This document shows, piece by piece, positions 19,427 to 30,246 of a stretch of DNA of 64,000 bases. The stretch covers positions 15,194-79,193 of the forward strand of contig SSFR01000004.1 in the NCBI GenBank assembly GCA_008015505.1, written 5' to 3'. The notes below the pieces were generated by a model. That model was not told where the DNA came from, ran no database searches, and saw only the letters and a list, made by a program, of their open reading frames with translations. Both the position numbers and the translations under genes were made by a program. How positions within the stretch are numbered: the first letter of the stretch is position 1; each line of letters opens with the position of its first letter. The DNA comes from Pedobacter sp. (GTDB lineage Bacteria > Bacteroidota > Bacteroidia > Sphingobacteriales > Sphingobacteriaceae).

Positions 19427-19514
19427 TTAAGCACTTCCTCACCCCTCTAGAGATAGACCAATATATCCGTAGAGACACAAAAAGCTTGCCCCTACGAATA
19501 AAATCAATTGGTTT

Positions 19515-20258
19515 TTAGAGCATTCCTCCACACACCGGAAGTACTTGGCTAGTAACATAAGTACTCAGATCTGAACCCAGAAAGACACAAACATTAGCCA
19601 CATCATCTGTTTCACCAGCACGCTTTAGCGGAATATTTTGTGCCCACCCTTCCACTACTTTGGGATCTAGTGAATCGGTCATCTCTGTGCGAATAAATCC
19701 TGGAGCTACTACGTTACTTCGAATATTGCGTGACCCTAATTCCTTTGCAACCGACTTAGAAAAGCCAATTATTCCAGCTTTAGAAGCTGCGTAATTTGCC
19801 TGACCCGCATTTCCTTCTACACCAACAACAGAACTCATATGAATAAAAACTCCTTTTTTATTTTTCATCATCACCTTAGAGGCTACCTTGGTCACGTTGA
19901 ATACAGATTTTAAATTGGTATTGAGCACTTCGTCCCAATTTTCTTCAGTCATGCGCATGAGTAAACCATCTTTTGTAATTCCGGCATTATTCACTACAAT
20001 ATCCAATGTGCCAAAATCTACCACAATATCATTAATCAATTGTTCGACCTGATCAAATTTAGAAGCATCAGACCGATAGCCTTTTACCTTAATTCCCTCT
20101 TGCTGAAGTTCTTGCTCCAAAGCCTGCCCTTTTTCAATGGAAGACAAATAAGTAAAAGCCACATGAGCACCATGTTCCACAAATTTTTCGGCTATTTTAC
20201 GTCCTATTCCTTTGGATGCTCCAGTGATTAATGCCGTTTTTCCTTCTAATAATCTCAT
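19515..20258 (-). CDS. fabG: 3-oxoacyl-ACP reductase
   Basis: TGASKGIG, NNAGITKDGLLMRM, NYAASK and APGFIRTEMT motifs. Confidence 0.95.
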   Translation of the reverse strand: MRLLEGKTALITGASKGIGRKIAEKFVEHGAHVAFTYLSSIEKGQALEQELQQEGIKVKGYRSDASKFDQVEQLINDIVVDFGTLDIVVNNAGITKDGLLMRMTEENWDEVLNTNLKSVFNVTKVASKVMMKNKKGVFIHMSSVVGVEGNAGQANYAASKAGIIGFSKSVAKELGSRNIRSNVVAPGFIRTEMTDSLDPKVVEGWAQNIPLKRAGETDDVANVCVFLGSDLSTYVTSQVLPVCGGML

Positions 20259-20315
20259 ATTCGTATTTGGTGTTGTTTACTATTCAAAATTTTTGTTGAT
20301 CAATAAATGGACTTA

Positions 20316-20477
20316 GAGCTTGTTTAAAGTTTATTTTATAAAATTATTGTAGGTTATTTTTGAGCGAAATGAGGCAGATTTTGGAGCCATAGCGGGGCTT
20401 CTATGGCGAAAAAATCTAACGAAATTGCAGCCAAAAAGAACCAAAAGAATAAAATCAAATAAACTTTAAACACGCTC
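20316..20477. mobile_element. MITE copy 2 (162 bp)
   Basis: TIR 20/21 identical, TTA direct repeat (20313-15 and 20478-80), body colinear with copy 1. Confidence 0.9.
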
Positions 20478-20489
20478 TTAATGCCTTGA

Positions 20490-21686
20490 TTAGTCTAGTA
20501 TCGCTTTAACCCCAGGCAATTCTTTTCCTTCCATATATTCTAGTAGTGCCCCCCCTCCAGTGGAAACATAACTCACCTGATCGGTCAAATTAAATTTAGC
20601 AACCGCTGCAGCAGAATCTCCTCCTCCAATTAGCGAAAATGCCCCATGTGCTGTAGCCTCCACAACTGCATCAGCAATAGCTCTAGTGCCTATTTCGAAT
20701 TTTGATAGCTCAAAGACACCCATTGGCCCATTCCATAAAATAGTTTTGGACTCTTCAATAATGGTTTTAAACTGTTCGATCGACTTTGGGCCAATATCTA
20801 GTCCCATCCAATCTGCCTGAATATGATCATTCGATGCAAACTCAATATCCGCATCATTAGAAAAACGATCAGCAATGACTGAATCGACTGGTAAGGCCAA
20901 ATTCACCCCCTTGGCTTTTGCCTTTTCAATGAGATGCCTAGCTAAATCTAATTTATCCTCTTCAACCAAGGATTTGCCGATATGACCCCCCTGTGCCTTG
21001 GCAAAAGTATACGCCATACCCCCGCCAATAATCAAATGATCTACTTTTTCTAACAAACGCTCAATCAATTCAATTTTATCCGAAACCTTAGCTCCCCCCA
21101 TAATGGCAGTAAAAGGCCTTGCCGCATGGCTGATTACTTTTTCGGCATTCTGTAATTCTGCAGCCATCAAATAACCAACACATTTTGCTCCAGGAAAAAA
21201 TTGCGCAATTACTGAAGTGGAAGCATGTGCACGATGTGCTGCTCCAAAAGCATCATTCACATAAATATCACCCAACCCCGCAAGCTCTGCTGCGAATGCT
21301 TTATCACCTTTCTCCTCCTCTGGATGAAATCTCAAATTTTCTATTAAAAGTACTTGGCCAGATCTTAACGCAGCAACCGCGTGTTCAACCTGTGGACCAA
21401 TACAATCACTTACGAACTGGACCTGCTGACCAACTAGGTCAGAAAGATGTTTAACAACGTGCTTTAAAGAATATTTTTCTACAGGCTGCCCTTTTGGACG
21501 TCCAAAATGCGACATCAAAATGACAGCACCTCCATCTTTTAAAATCTTACCGATAGTTGGTAGTGCTCCCTGAATACGACTATCGTCCGTAATTCGATAC
21601 TGATCGTCTAATGGCACATTAAAATCAACACGAACTAAAGCTTTTTTCCCAGCGAACCTAAACGAATCAACTGTTTTTATACTCAT
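20490..21686 (-). CDS. pgk: Phosphoglycerate kinase
   Basis: [35 protein letters not shown] and STGGGA motifs. Confidence 0.98.
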   Translation of the reverse strand: MSIKTVDSFRFAGKKALVRVDFNVPLDDQYRITDDSRIQGALPTIGKILKDGGAVILMSHFGRPKGQPVEKYSLKHVVKHLSDLVGQQVQFVSDCIGPQVEHAVAALRSGQVLLIENLRFHPEEEKGDKAFAAELAGLGDIYVNDAFGAAHRAHASTSVIAQFFPGAKCVGYLMAAELQNAEKVISHAARPFTAIMGGAKVSDKIELIERLLEKVDHLIIGGGMAYTFAKAQGGHIGKSLVEEDKLDLARHLIEKAKAKGVNLALPVDSVIADRFSNDADIEFASNDHIQADWMGLDIGPKSIEQFKTIIEESKTILWNGPMGVFELSKFEIGTRAIADAVVEATAHGAFSLIGGGDSAAAVAKFNLTDQVSYVSTGGGALLEYMEGKELPGVKAILD

Positions 21687-21736
21687 TATTATATAGCGTT
21701 TATTTTATGAAATTATTAGCCCAGAATAGGTAATCT

Positions 21737-22627
21737 TTAGACGAGAATCTGTACCAACAGGCCAACCATCCACAAAATAAGAAATTGCCCAACCAGCATC
21801 CCATCCAGAAATAAAAAGTAAAAATATTCATTTCGATTGGTATTGGACCTGGATATGCCCCATCCAACCAATATAATACTCCCCGCAAGTGCTATGGCAC
21901 TTATCGGACCAATTACCCGAGCCAATACCAAGAGTAAAACAAGATAAACCAACAAAAGCCCATAGGCAATAAGAAGTGTCATCTTTCGACCAAGCATTGT
22001 TGGAAGCGTTTTTAGTGCATTTTGTTCATCTTGTAAGGAGTCGCGAATGTCAAAGGGAATGGTTAAAGCTACCACGAATAAAAATTCATTCAGTACAAGC
22101 AAAATACCATCCCAGCTAGGAAAAGTAAATGCTTCAGCACTTTCTAATTCCACAATGGGTAATAATACACAGCTTAAAGACCAAACCAATGCAATTAAAA
22201 AGAGTTTAACCCCCGGCACACTTCTAAGCCCAAACCAATGACCACGAAAATGAAAAATAGGCAAACTATAAGCAATCGAGATTAACGCCAAAAAAGAAAG
22301 TAATAGCAATGCAGGAACAGATAAAAACAAGGCTAGCGGAATCAATGAAAAAGTAGCAATAAGCATCAATGTCACATTCAAACGATAATGCGAAAATATC
22401 CATCGAACTCGTCTAAAAGGCGAGACTTTAAAATTTTTAGGTTTAGATAATAGAATACTAAAGTTGTACAAAGCTAGTGTAGAACAGAATAAAATAGCCA
22501 ACACATCTTTATCTGGCTCAGCATAAAGTAACCGATAGGTAATCAGACCTTGAACCAAAGCTCCTAACGCAATGAAAATGTTGCTAAAGAGTAAAAAATC
22601 AAGTGTTTTCCAAAGGTGTTTTTTCAT
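21737..22627 (-). CDS. UbiA-prenyltransferase-like membrane protein
   Basis: Multi-TM protein with IPFDIRD..QDEQNALKTLP, an Asp-rich second motif. The start could be up to 22678. Confidence 0.6.
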   Translation of the reverse strand: MKKHLWKTLDFLLFSNIFIALGALVQGLITYRLLYAEPDKDVLAILFCSTLALYNFSILLSKPKNFKVSPFRRVRWIFSHYRLNVTLMLIATFSLIPLALFLSVPALLLLSFLALISIAYSLPIFHFRGHWFGLRSVPGVKLFLIALVWSLSCVLLPIVELESAEAFTFPSWDGILLVLNEFLFVVALTIPFDIRDSLQDEQNALKTLPTMLGRKMTLLIAYGLLLVYLVLLLVLARVIGPISAIALAGSIILVGWGISRSNTNRNEYFYFLFLDGMLVGQFLILWMVGLLVQILV

Positions 22628-22678
22628 TGTCGTACAGCAAGGAAACCGCTGAAAAGTTAAAGCTTTTACCCGCATCAA

Positions 22679-23941
22679 CTAGGCGTGACCTTTTTTCAAC
22701 TCAAAGATGGTGATTTCAGGCAAAACACCCACACGACCAGGATACCCCAGAAAACCATAACCTACATTCACGTAAAGCTGCTGATGTTGCTCCTGATACA
22801 AGCCTGCCCATTCCTTATAAATATATTGTATGGGGCTCCACTGCACTTTATCGGTAATGAGCCCAAATTGCATGCCATGCGTATGCCCACTAAACATCAC
22901 ATCAATCTGTGGATATTTGGGCAATACTTGAGCCCGCCAGTGCGACGGATCATGTGAAAGAAGCAACTTAACAGGCAAGTCCTCCGTTCCAGGGACAGCT
23001 AAATCCATGCGCCCATATTTGGAGAAACGCCCAGCGCCCCAGTTTTCGATGCCAATGATTGCAATCTCTTGGCCTCCTACTTTCAGTCTACGATGTGTAT
23101 TCAATAGCAGATCCCAACCCATGTTTTTATGTGTCGTCTTTACCTCTGCCAAACTCTTTGCCTTGGCTAGGGATGGGCCTTTCCCAAAATAATAATCCCC
23201 ATAATCATGATTTCCTAATATGGAAAACACCCCCAACGGAGCCTTCACTTTGGAAAAAATATCTTGATAATCGCACATTTCAGACGCCACATTATTCACC
23301 AAATCTCCTGTAAAAAAGATAAAATCGGGTTTTTCCTTTAAAAGAAGTTCCACCCCTCCTAGCACTGCTTTTCGATTGTAAAAACTACCTGAATGGATGT
23401 CCGATATCTGCCCCAATTTAATCCCATCGAAAGCACTGGGAAGATTCGGAAGATAAAGTATCCGACGTTTAATTCGGTAATCGTAAGCCCCAGAAATAAT
23501 TCCATAGGTTAAAGAAGCCAGTGGTAGCACCGCCACTAACGTTCCCGCTTTAATTAAAAATTCAGACCGAGGAATTGCATTGGTATTCGCCTGATGGACA
23601 ACCTCTACTGGTTGATCTTGTGTTTTAACAAACAACTTCCGCTTAATCCAAATGCCCCCTCGACGCACATCATCAAAAAGTATAAAGGGCAGGAAAAATA
23701 ACTTCGAAATCACCGTCATGAAAAATATCACCACAATAAAAGCCCGCAGCATAAATTTGATATCGCAAAAAATGCCAATAAAAACACCCAAGAGTAGCAA
23801 AATGGAATAAGACCACCAGATGTATGGAAAATGTAATGTCTTCCACTTGGGTCTGACGGTAACAATTGCCCCATAGATGTACATATCAAGTAGAAGTAAT
23901 ACAATCGTAATAATTACCAGTATCTCAATGTGATTAGCCAT
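22679..23941 (-). CDS. Membrane-anchored calcineurin-like metallophosphoesterase (YkuE/YaeI-like)
   Basis: SDIHSG, TGDLVN, LGNHDYG, LLSHDP and SGHTHG motifs; N-terminal TM helices. Confidence 0.92.
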   Translation of the reverse strand: MANHIEILVIITIVLLLLDMYIYGAIVTVRPKWKTLHFPYIWWSYSILLLLGVFIGIFCDIKFMLRAFIVVIFFMTVISKLFFLPFILFDDVRRGGIWIKRKLFVKTQDQPVEVVHQANTNAIPRSEFLIKAGTLVAVLPLASLTYGIISGAYDYRIKRRILYLPNLPSAFDGIKLGQISDIHSGSFYNRKAVLGGVELLLKEKPDFIFFTGDLVNNVASEMCDYQDIFSKVKAPLGVFSILGNHDYGDYYFGKGPSLAKAKSLAEVKTTHKNMGWDLLLNTHRRLKVGGQEIAIIGIENWGAGRFSKYGRMDLAVPGTEDLPVKLLLSHDPSHWRAQVLPKYPQIDVMFSGHTHGMQFGLITDKVQWSPIQYIYKEWAGLYQEQHQQLYVNVGYGFLGYPGRVGVLPEITIFELKKGHA

Positions 23942-23985
23942 AAACTTGATCTTTTGATTCGTACATTATATGTATTGCTTACCCA

Positions 23986-24201
23986 GAAGCCAATCTAAAG
24001 TTTATTTTATTTCATTCTTTTGGTTCTTTTTGGCTGCAAATTCGTTAGATTTTTCGCAATAGTCTCTCACTATTGCTCTAAACCCTAGCGAAGCGAACAG
24101 TTGAATACCTTTGAAAAGTAAATTAATGGCATGAAAAATCCACCTTATTTCGCTCAAAAATAACCGGCAATTATTTCTTAAAATAAACTTTAAACCGGCT
24201 C
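23986..24201. mobile_element. MITE copy 3, inverted orientation, with a roughly 55-bp internal expansion
   Basis: Reverse complement begins gagccggtttaaagtttatttt..ggttatttttgagcgaaat and ends gcagccaaaaagaacc..aaataaactttag. The other TIR is degenerate, and the element end overlaps the hemW stop codon. Confidence 0.75.
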
Positions 24202-25340
24202 TAGGTTTTTAAATCTTCTACAAATAATTCTGAAGCAACATGGTCTGCAAATAACTTACCCTCTCTACTCAACGTAACAACATGCTCCTGTATATTAATC
24301 CAATTTTTCTCTAGAAATCGGTTTAGCTCCTGCTTAATCGTGGTCAAATAGCGCTCACCGAAATGTTGCTTGATCTTCATTAAATCCATTCCCAGACTGG
24401 TCCGTAACGAAGTCATGATGTATTCATTAACTTGATTCTCTTGAGTTAATATTTCGATCTCAGCGGGAATTTGCTTTCGATCAATCGCTTGGAGATATTG
24501 TGCATTATTAGCCACATTCCACTGCCTAGTCTGGCCATTAAACGAATGTGCCGATGGCCCAATACCCAAGTAGGAAACCCCAGACCAATAGTTGGTATTA
24601 TGTTTCGAATACTGACCCGATTTGGCAAAATTGGATATTTCATAGTGCTCAAAGTCTGCTTGCTCCAAGCCATCCATCAACTGAATAAATTGCGCTGCAC
24701 TTTGCGCTTCATCTAATGCTTGCTGCTTCCCCCTGTAAATAAAAGAGGCCAATGCCGTACGGGGCTCAACAGTCATGGCATAAGCGGATATATGTGGCAC
24801 TTGCAGCTGAATTGCTTTAGAAAGGGTATTAGCCCATTTCTCATGGCTCAATAAAGGATATCCATAAATGAGATCAATCGTGATGTTTTCCAAACCAACG
24901 TCTTGAACCCGCTTGATTGATCCTTCAGCTTCCCCTGCCGTATGTGCTCGATTCATCCATCGTAAATCCGCATCAAAAAAAGACTGAATGCCAATACTCA
25001 ATCGATTGATTGCTGTTTGCTTGATTTCTCTCACCTTTTTTGCATTTAAGTCATCCGGGTTAGCCTCCAAGGTGATCTCTACATCTGAAGACAGCTGAAA
25101 ATACGTAGCAATTTTATCAATCAAAGACTGTAGTACTTCGGCAGTTAATAACGAGGGAGTCCCACCGCCAAAGTAAATGGTCTCGATAGATTGAGAGCCC
25201 AAATAGCTTTTCTGCAAAAAAAGCTCAATATGCAAAGCTTTAAGTAATTCATCTCTTTTGCCCAAAGAGGTACTGAAATGAAAGTCACAATAGTGACAAG
25301 CTTGCTTACAAAAAGGGATATGTAGATAAATTCCAGCCAA
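24201..25340 (-). CDS. hemW: Radical SAM heme chaperone
   Basis: YLHIPFCKQACHYCDF, YFGGGTPS, TLEANPD and HNTNYW motifs. Confidence 0.92.
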   Translation of the reverse strand: MAGIYLHIPFCKQACHYCDFHFSTSLGKRDELLKALHIELFLQKSYLGSQSIETIYFGGGTPSLLTAEVLQSLIDKIATYFQLSSDVEITLEANPDDLNAKKVREIKQTAINRLSIGIQSFFDADLRWMNRAHTAGEAEGSIKRVQDVGLENITIDLIYGYPLLSHEKWANTLSKAIQLQVPHISAYAMTVEPRTALASFIYRGKQQALDEAQSAAQFIQLMDGLEQADFEHYEISNFAKSGQYSKHNTNYWSGVSYLGIGPSAHSFNGQTRQWNVANNAQYLQAIDRKQIPAEIEILTQENQVNEYIMTSLRTSLGMDLMKIKQHFGERYLTTIKQELNRFLEKNWINIQEHVVTLSREGKLFADHVASELFVEDLKT

Positions 25341-25379
25341 TAGAAATATTCTTTACTAATGAATGATACGAGGCTTTAT

Positions 25380-27260
25380 TTATTGAATAATAAATACGGG
25401 TATGTCTACATGATGTCTGACTTTATCTACCGTTGTTCCGAAAACCAAATCACTAATTCCCCGATGACCATGTGAACCCATCACAAGTAACTGAATACCC
25501 TTCTTATTAACTACCTCGACAATCGCCTGGGCTGCCGTTCCATAACCAATGGTTAAAGTCACTTGATACCCCATTTGCTGCAAATCTTGCTGATATTTTT
25601 CCATGTTATGAATATCACTCAAAGTTTCATGGTCCAAAACATGATCCCCATAAAACTTAGCCCCCGCTGTTTCGACTACGTGGATAAGATAATAATTACC
25701 CTCTTTCCCTCCCTGTTGCAAAGCTTGCTGAATAGCCTCTCTATCCTTGGAAGAAAAATCTACTGCAATTCCAATTCGATCATACTTAACTCGATCCACC
25801 TGAAGAATATCCAAGGCGACACCATGCGGCACATGCGAAAGCCCACGACCTTTTTTACTAATAAATGGCTTGAAAAATACATAGAGCAATAAACCCGCAA
25901 TAGCAAAAAGTATGGGTAATACCAAAGCATAAATCCACCAAGAATTTCCTTGGGTATTATTTATCCAGGTGGAAACTTCTTCGCAAACAAGCTTTACATT
26001 AAGACCTACAATAATCAAAGCACTAATCCATGCAATCACTTTAACCCATGTTTTGATGGTAAATTCCTTCATTTTTTGACGATCCGAGTTAAAATGGATC
26101 AATGGAATAATTGCAAATCCGAGCTGCAAACTCAATACCACTTGACTCAGTACCAATAAACCACCTAAAGCATCATCCCCAAAATACAAAATGGTAAAAA
26201 GGGCAGGAACAATAGCCAAAAGTCTAGTGATCAAACGCCTTAGCCAAGGTGCTATTCGCAAATTAATATGTCCCTCCATCACGATCTGCCCCGCAAGTGT
26301 ACCGGTAATAGTCGAGCTTTGCCCCGATGCAATCAGCGCAACAGCAAACAATATTGGGGCTGTTGATCCAAAAATATGATCCAATATTTTATAAGCATGT
26401 TGTATTTCGGCCACTTCAAACAATCCATTTTTATAAAATGCAGTAGCGGCAAGGATCAGTATGGCAGCATTAACCAAAAAGGCCAAATTGAGTGCAATGC
26501 CTGTATCAATCAAATTATATTTCAATGAATCGCTAATCCCTTTGATAGTTCGCTCAATTTTTCTGGTTTGAACCAATGACGAATGCAAGTAAAGATTATG
26601 AGGCATCACCGTTGCCCCAATGATACCAATGGCAATATAGAGTGCCTCACCCGAAAGCATCGAGGGTTTAAAACCCGAAACTACTTCACCCAGCACCGGT
26701 TTAACGATAATCATTTCCGCCAAAAAAGATGATCCCACAATAAAAACCATCGATATAATAAATACCTCCATGATACGCATACCCTTATTCATCAGAAATA
26801 ATAGTAATAAGGTATCAAGGATAGTAATTGATACTCCCCAAATCATCGGAAGGTGAAAAAGTAAATTTAGCCCAATAGCCATCCCAATAATCTCTGCTAA
26901 ATCACAAGCAACTATGGCTATTTGTGCTAAAATATAGAGTGAAAAATTGACCAGCTTAGGATATGCATTTCTTGAGGCCTGAGCCAGATCAAGGCCCTGC
27001 ACAATACCCAAACGAGCACTCAGCGATTGAAGAAGCAAAGCGATCAAGTTAGACATCAGCAATACCCAAATAAGCTGATAACCAAACTGACTTCCTCCTG
27101 CAATATCAGTAGCCCAATTTCCCGGATCCATATAACCCACACTCACCAAATAAGCAGGCCCAATAAATGCCCCCAATTTTCTCCATCCGGTTTTATTCGA
27201 AGTTGCTACAGAACCGTGTACTTCGCCTAAAGATTCACCACTTTTAAACTCTCGTATCAT
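25380..27260 (-). CDS. mntH: Nramp divalent metal transporter with a C-terminal universal-stress (USP) domain
   Basis: GYMDPGNWATD and MPHNLYLHS motifs; C-terminal AVDFS...VMGSHGHRG..FGTT. Confidence 0.92.
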   Translation of the reverse strand: MIREFKSGESLGEVHGSVATSNKTGWRKLGAFIGPAYLVSVGYMDPGNWATDIAGGSQFGYQLIWVLLMSNLIALLLQSLSARLGIVQGLDLAQASRNAYPKLVNFSLYILAQIAIVACDLAEIIGMAIGLNLLFHLPMIWGVSITILDTLLLLFLMNKGMRIMEVFIISMVFIVGSSFLAEMIIVKPVLGEVVSGFKPSMLSGEALYIAIGIIGATVMPHNLYLHSSLVQTRKIERTIKGISDSLKYNLIDTGIALNLAFLVNAAILILAATAFYKNGLFEVAEIQHAYKILDHIFGSTAPILFAVALIASGQSSTITGTLAGQIVMEGHINLRIAPWLRRLITRLLAIVPALFTILYFGDDALGGLLVLSQVVLSLQLGFAIIPLIHFNSDRQKMKEFTIKTWVKVIAWISALIIVGLNVKLVCEEVSTWINNTQGNSWWIYALVLPILFAIAGLLLYVFFKPFISKKGRGLSHVPHGVALDILQVDRVKYDRIGIAVDFSSKDREAIQQALQQGGKEGNYYLIHVVETAGAKFYGDHVLDHETLSDIHNMEKYQQDLQQMGYQVTLTIGYGTAAQAIVEVVNKKGIQLLVMGSHGHRGISDLVFGTTVDKVRHHVDIPVFIIQ

Positions 27261-27271
27261 CTACTTATTTT

Positions 27272-29191
27272 TTATACCGACCCTATCTTATCCAACATAA
27301 ACTGCTTCACGGCTGTAATAATGGCTTTTGCATCATATCCACATTCGGTCCAAAGCTCAGGTTGCTCACCATGATTAATCACCCAATCAGGTATTCCTAA
27401 GCGAGTGATTTTTGACTGATAACCTTGATCCATCATGAACTCGATAACAGCACTTCCCATACCTCCCTGCAAACAACCATCTTCCACTGTAATCACATGG
27501 GTAAATTTTCTGAACACTGAATGCAATAATTCCTCATCCAAAGGTTTCACAAAACGCATATCGTAATGTGCTGGGAAAACCCCCTCTTCATTCAATAATT
27601 TACAAGCTTTTAGTGCTTCATTCCCAATATGACCAATCGTTAGAATGGCTGATTCCACTCCTTCACATACTGTTCGAGCCTTGCCTATTTTCAAGGATTT
27701 TAAAGGACGTCGCCAATCAGTCATGACCCCATTACCACGTGGATAACGAATAGAGAAAGGTCCCATTTGATCCTGCTGTGCCGTATACATAAGATTACGC
27801 AGCTCTTCTTCATTCATTGGAGCGGAAACAATCATATTGGGAATACAGCGCATATAGGCCAGATCGTAAGCACCATGATGGGTAGCCCCATCAGCACCTG
27901 CAACTCCAGCACGATCTAAACAAAAAATAACACTAAGCTTCTGAATAGCCACATCATGTATAACCTGGTCATAAGCTCTTTGCATAAAACTGGAATATAT
28001 ATTACAAAATGGTATCATCCCCTGAGCTGCAAGCCCAGCCGAAAACGTAACAGCATGTTGTTCGGCAATTCCCACATCGAAAGCCCGATCAGGCATAGCC
28101 CTCATCATAATGTTTAAGGAGCAACCCGAAGGCATAGCTGGCGTAATACCCATAATTTTCGAATTCTTTTCTGCTAGCTCAACTAAGGTATGACCAAATA
28201 CATCCTGATATTTTGGGGGCTGTGGCTTATCAAAAACTACTTTTTTAATTTCTCCAGTTATTTTATCGAAAAGTCCTGGTGAGTGCCACTTGGTTTGATC
28301 CTGTTCTGCCAACTCATATCCCTTGCCTTTAACTGTTATACAATGAAGCAATTTAGGCCCCGGGATATCACGCAAATCCCGAATTACTTTAACCAAGTGT
28401 TTTACATCATGACCATTAATGGGGCCAAAGTATCTGAATTTCAACGCCTCAAAAAAATTACTTCGTTGAAGTAAGCTTCCTTTTATGCTTTTCTCAATCT
28501 TCTTGACAATCTCATGTGTATTTGGGCCTAATTTGGATATTTGCTCCAACACGTAGGAAATATCATCCCTAAATCTATTGTAAGGCTTGGAAGTAGTGAT
28601 ATCTGTCAAATATTCTTTCAATGCACCTACATTGGGATCAATCGACATACAATTATCATTTAAGATCACTAGTAGATTCGTATTTTCTGTCCCCGCATGA
28701 TTCAATGCTTCAAAAGCAAGTCCAGCGGTCATGGCTCCATCACCGATGACAGCCACATGCTGCCTATCTGTTTCTCCTTTGTAGCGAGAGGCTACAGCCA
28801 TCCCCAATGCAGCAGAAATGGAGGTTGACGAGTGACCTACGCCAAATGCATCGTATTGGCTTTCTGAGCGCTTGGGAAAACCACTTAATCCTTTATAAAT
28901 CCGATTGGTATGAAATTGCTTGCGACGCCCCGTCAGAATTTTATGACCATAAGCCTGATGGCCTACATCCCATATCAGTTGATCATAAGGTGTGTTAAGC
29001 ACATAATGCAAGGCCACAGTGAGCTCTACTACCCCCAAACTGGAACCAAAATGCCCACCACCAACCGATACAGCATCTACAATGAACTGGCGAAGCTCTG
29101 TGCAAATTTGTTCTAAATCTTCCTCCTTAAACTTTCTAAGATCAACGGGATAATTAATTTGATTTAGCAGATCTCCAGGTTTGATCTCCAT
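27272..29191 (-). CDS. dxs: 1-deoxy-D-xylulose-5-phosphate synthase
   Basis: WDVGHQAY, GDGAMTAG..LNDN, ITPAM and GIAEQH motifs. Confidence 0.97.
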   Translation of the reverse strand: MEIKPGDLLNQINYPVDLRKFKEEDLEQICTELRQFIVDAVSVGGGHFGSSLGVVELTVALHYVLNTPYDQLIWDVGHQAYGHKILTGRRKQFHTNRIYKGLSGFPKRSESQYDAFGVGHSSTSISAALGMAVASRYKGETDRQHVAVIGDGAMTAGLAFEALNHAGTENTNLLVILNDNCMSIDPNVGALKEYLTDITTSKPYNRFRDDISYVLEQISKLGPNTHEIVKKIEKSIKGSLLQRSNFFEALKFRYFGPINGHDVKHLVKVIRDLRDIPGPKLLHCITVKGKGYELAEQDQTKWHSPGLFDKITGEIKKVVFDKPQPPKYQDVFGHTLVELAEKNSKIMGITPAMPSGCSLNIMMRAMPDRAFDVGIAEQHAVTFSAGLAAQGMIPFCNIYSSFMQRAYDQVIHDVAIQKLSVIFCLDRAGVAGADGATHHGAYDLAYMRCIPNMIVSAPMNEEELRNLMYTAQQDQMGPFSIRYPRGNGVMTDWRRPLKSLKIGKARTVCEGVESAILTIGHIGNEALKACKLLNEEGVFPAHYDMRFVKPLDEELLHSVFRKFTHVITVEDGCLQGGMGSAVIEFMMDQGYQSKITRLGIPDWVINHGEQPELWTECGYDAKAIITAVKQFMLDKIGSV

Positions 29192-29268
29192 TTGCGTTTT
29201 TCTTTTTTAACCCACAAAAATACGTTATCTGGCATGGATGAACGAACGCCTATTTGACAAAAAATCAT

Positions 29269-30225
29269 TCACAAAAGCAAACCCCTCACTACTTTTTCAT
29301 CCTCGATAAGCTGCAAGCGAAGTGCTTCCAAGGAATCAAATCGCTGATCTTCCCGAACAAAATGTAGAAAATGAATCCGAATGAACTGACCGTAAATAGT
29401 TTCATTAAAATCAAAAATATTCACTTCAATGTTACGCGTCATACCATTAATGGTCGGTCGGTGCCCAATATAGGCCATTCCTTTTAATGGAGGTGAGAGT
29501 AGTCTCGGATATTGATTTTCAGCTTTCAACAATTCCACTTCCACAGCATAAATACCATCAGCAGGAATAAGCTTATAATTTTCCTCCACAAAGAGGTTGG
29601 CTGTAGGAAAGCCCATTCTTCGGCCAATTTGATCGCCTTTTACTACCTTTCCCAGCAACTGGAAAGAATAACCCAAAAACTCCCGAGCCATTTTCACATC
29701 CCCACTGAGCAAAGCATTCCTAATTTTAGTCGAACTGACAGCTATATCATTGATATCCTGCTGAGATATCTCTTCAATATCAAACCCGTAAATGGGGGCC
29801 AATTGTTGTAAATGAGACAATCCACCTTCACGATCTTTACCAAAATGATGATCATAACCGATCACCAGATGTTTCATACCGATCTTATCCACCAAAATAT
29901 TTTTGATGTATGCTTGTGGGCTCAGATTAGAAAAGTCACGCGTAAATGGAGTGATAATGAGATGATCAATACCTAATTGATCGAGCCGTTCTGCTTTTTC
30001 CGCGATGGTATTAATCAACTTAATATGAGCGTCTTCTGGATGTAGAATCATTCGCGGATGCGGAAAAAAAGTAAGCACTACCGTTTCTGATCCAGCTCGT
30101 TCTGCCAATGTCTTCAAACGCTTGAGGATCTTTTGATGTCCCAAATGTACCCCATCGAACGTACCAATGGTTACCGCAGCCTGATCTATTTTATGAAACT
30201 CCTCGATGTCATGATAAATTTTCAT
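29269..30225 (-). CDS. ribF: Bifunctional riboflavin kinase / FAD synthetase
   Basis: GTFDGVHLGH, GYDHHFG, SSTKIR, GFPTAN and IEVNIFD motifs. Confidence 0.96.
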   Translation of the reverse strand: MKIYHDIEEFHKIDQAAVTIGTFDGVHLGHQKILKRLKTLAERAGSETVVLTFFPHPRMILHPEDAHIKLINTIAEKAERLDQLGIDHLIITPFTRDFSNLSPQAYIKNILVDKIGMKHLVIGYDHHFGKDREGGLSHLQQLAPIYGFDIEEISQQDINDIAVSSTKIRNALLSGDVKMAREFLGYSFQLLGKVVKGDQIGRRMGFPTANLFVEENYKLIPADGIYAVEVELLKAENQYPRLLSPPLKGMAYIGHRPTINGMTRNIEVNIFDFNETIYGQFIRIHFLHFVREDQRFDSLEALRLQLIEDEKVVRGLLL

Positions 30226-30246
30226 GTGACCAAAATTGAACTAGAA

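Noticed and set aside
21698-21717. 20-nt exact match (gtttattttatgaaattatt) to the MITE left arm upstream of pgk
   Set aside because: It is AT-rich and short, with no TIR end, partner arm or TSD. It could be a remnant but cannot be supported as a copy.
27261-30246. Riboswitches ahead of mntH (Mn) or ribF (FMN)
   Set aside because: The intergenic gaps are only 11 and 21 nt, leaving no room, and no motif was seen.
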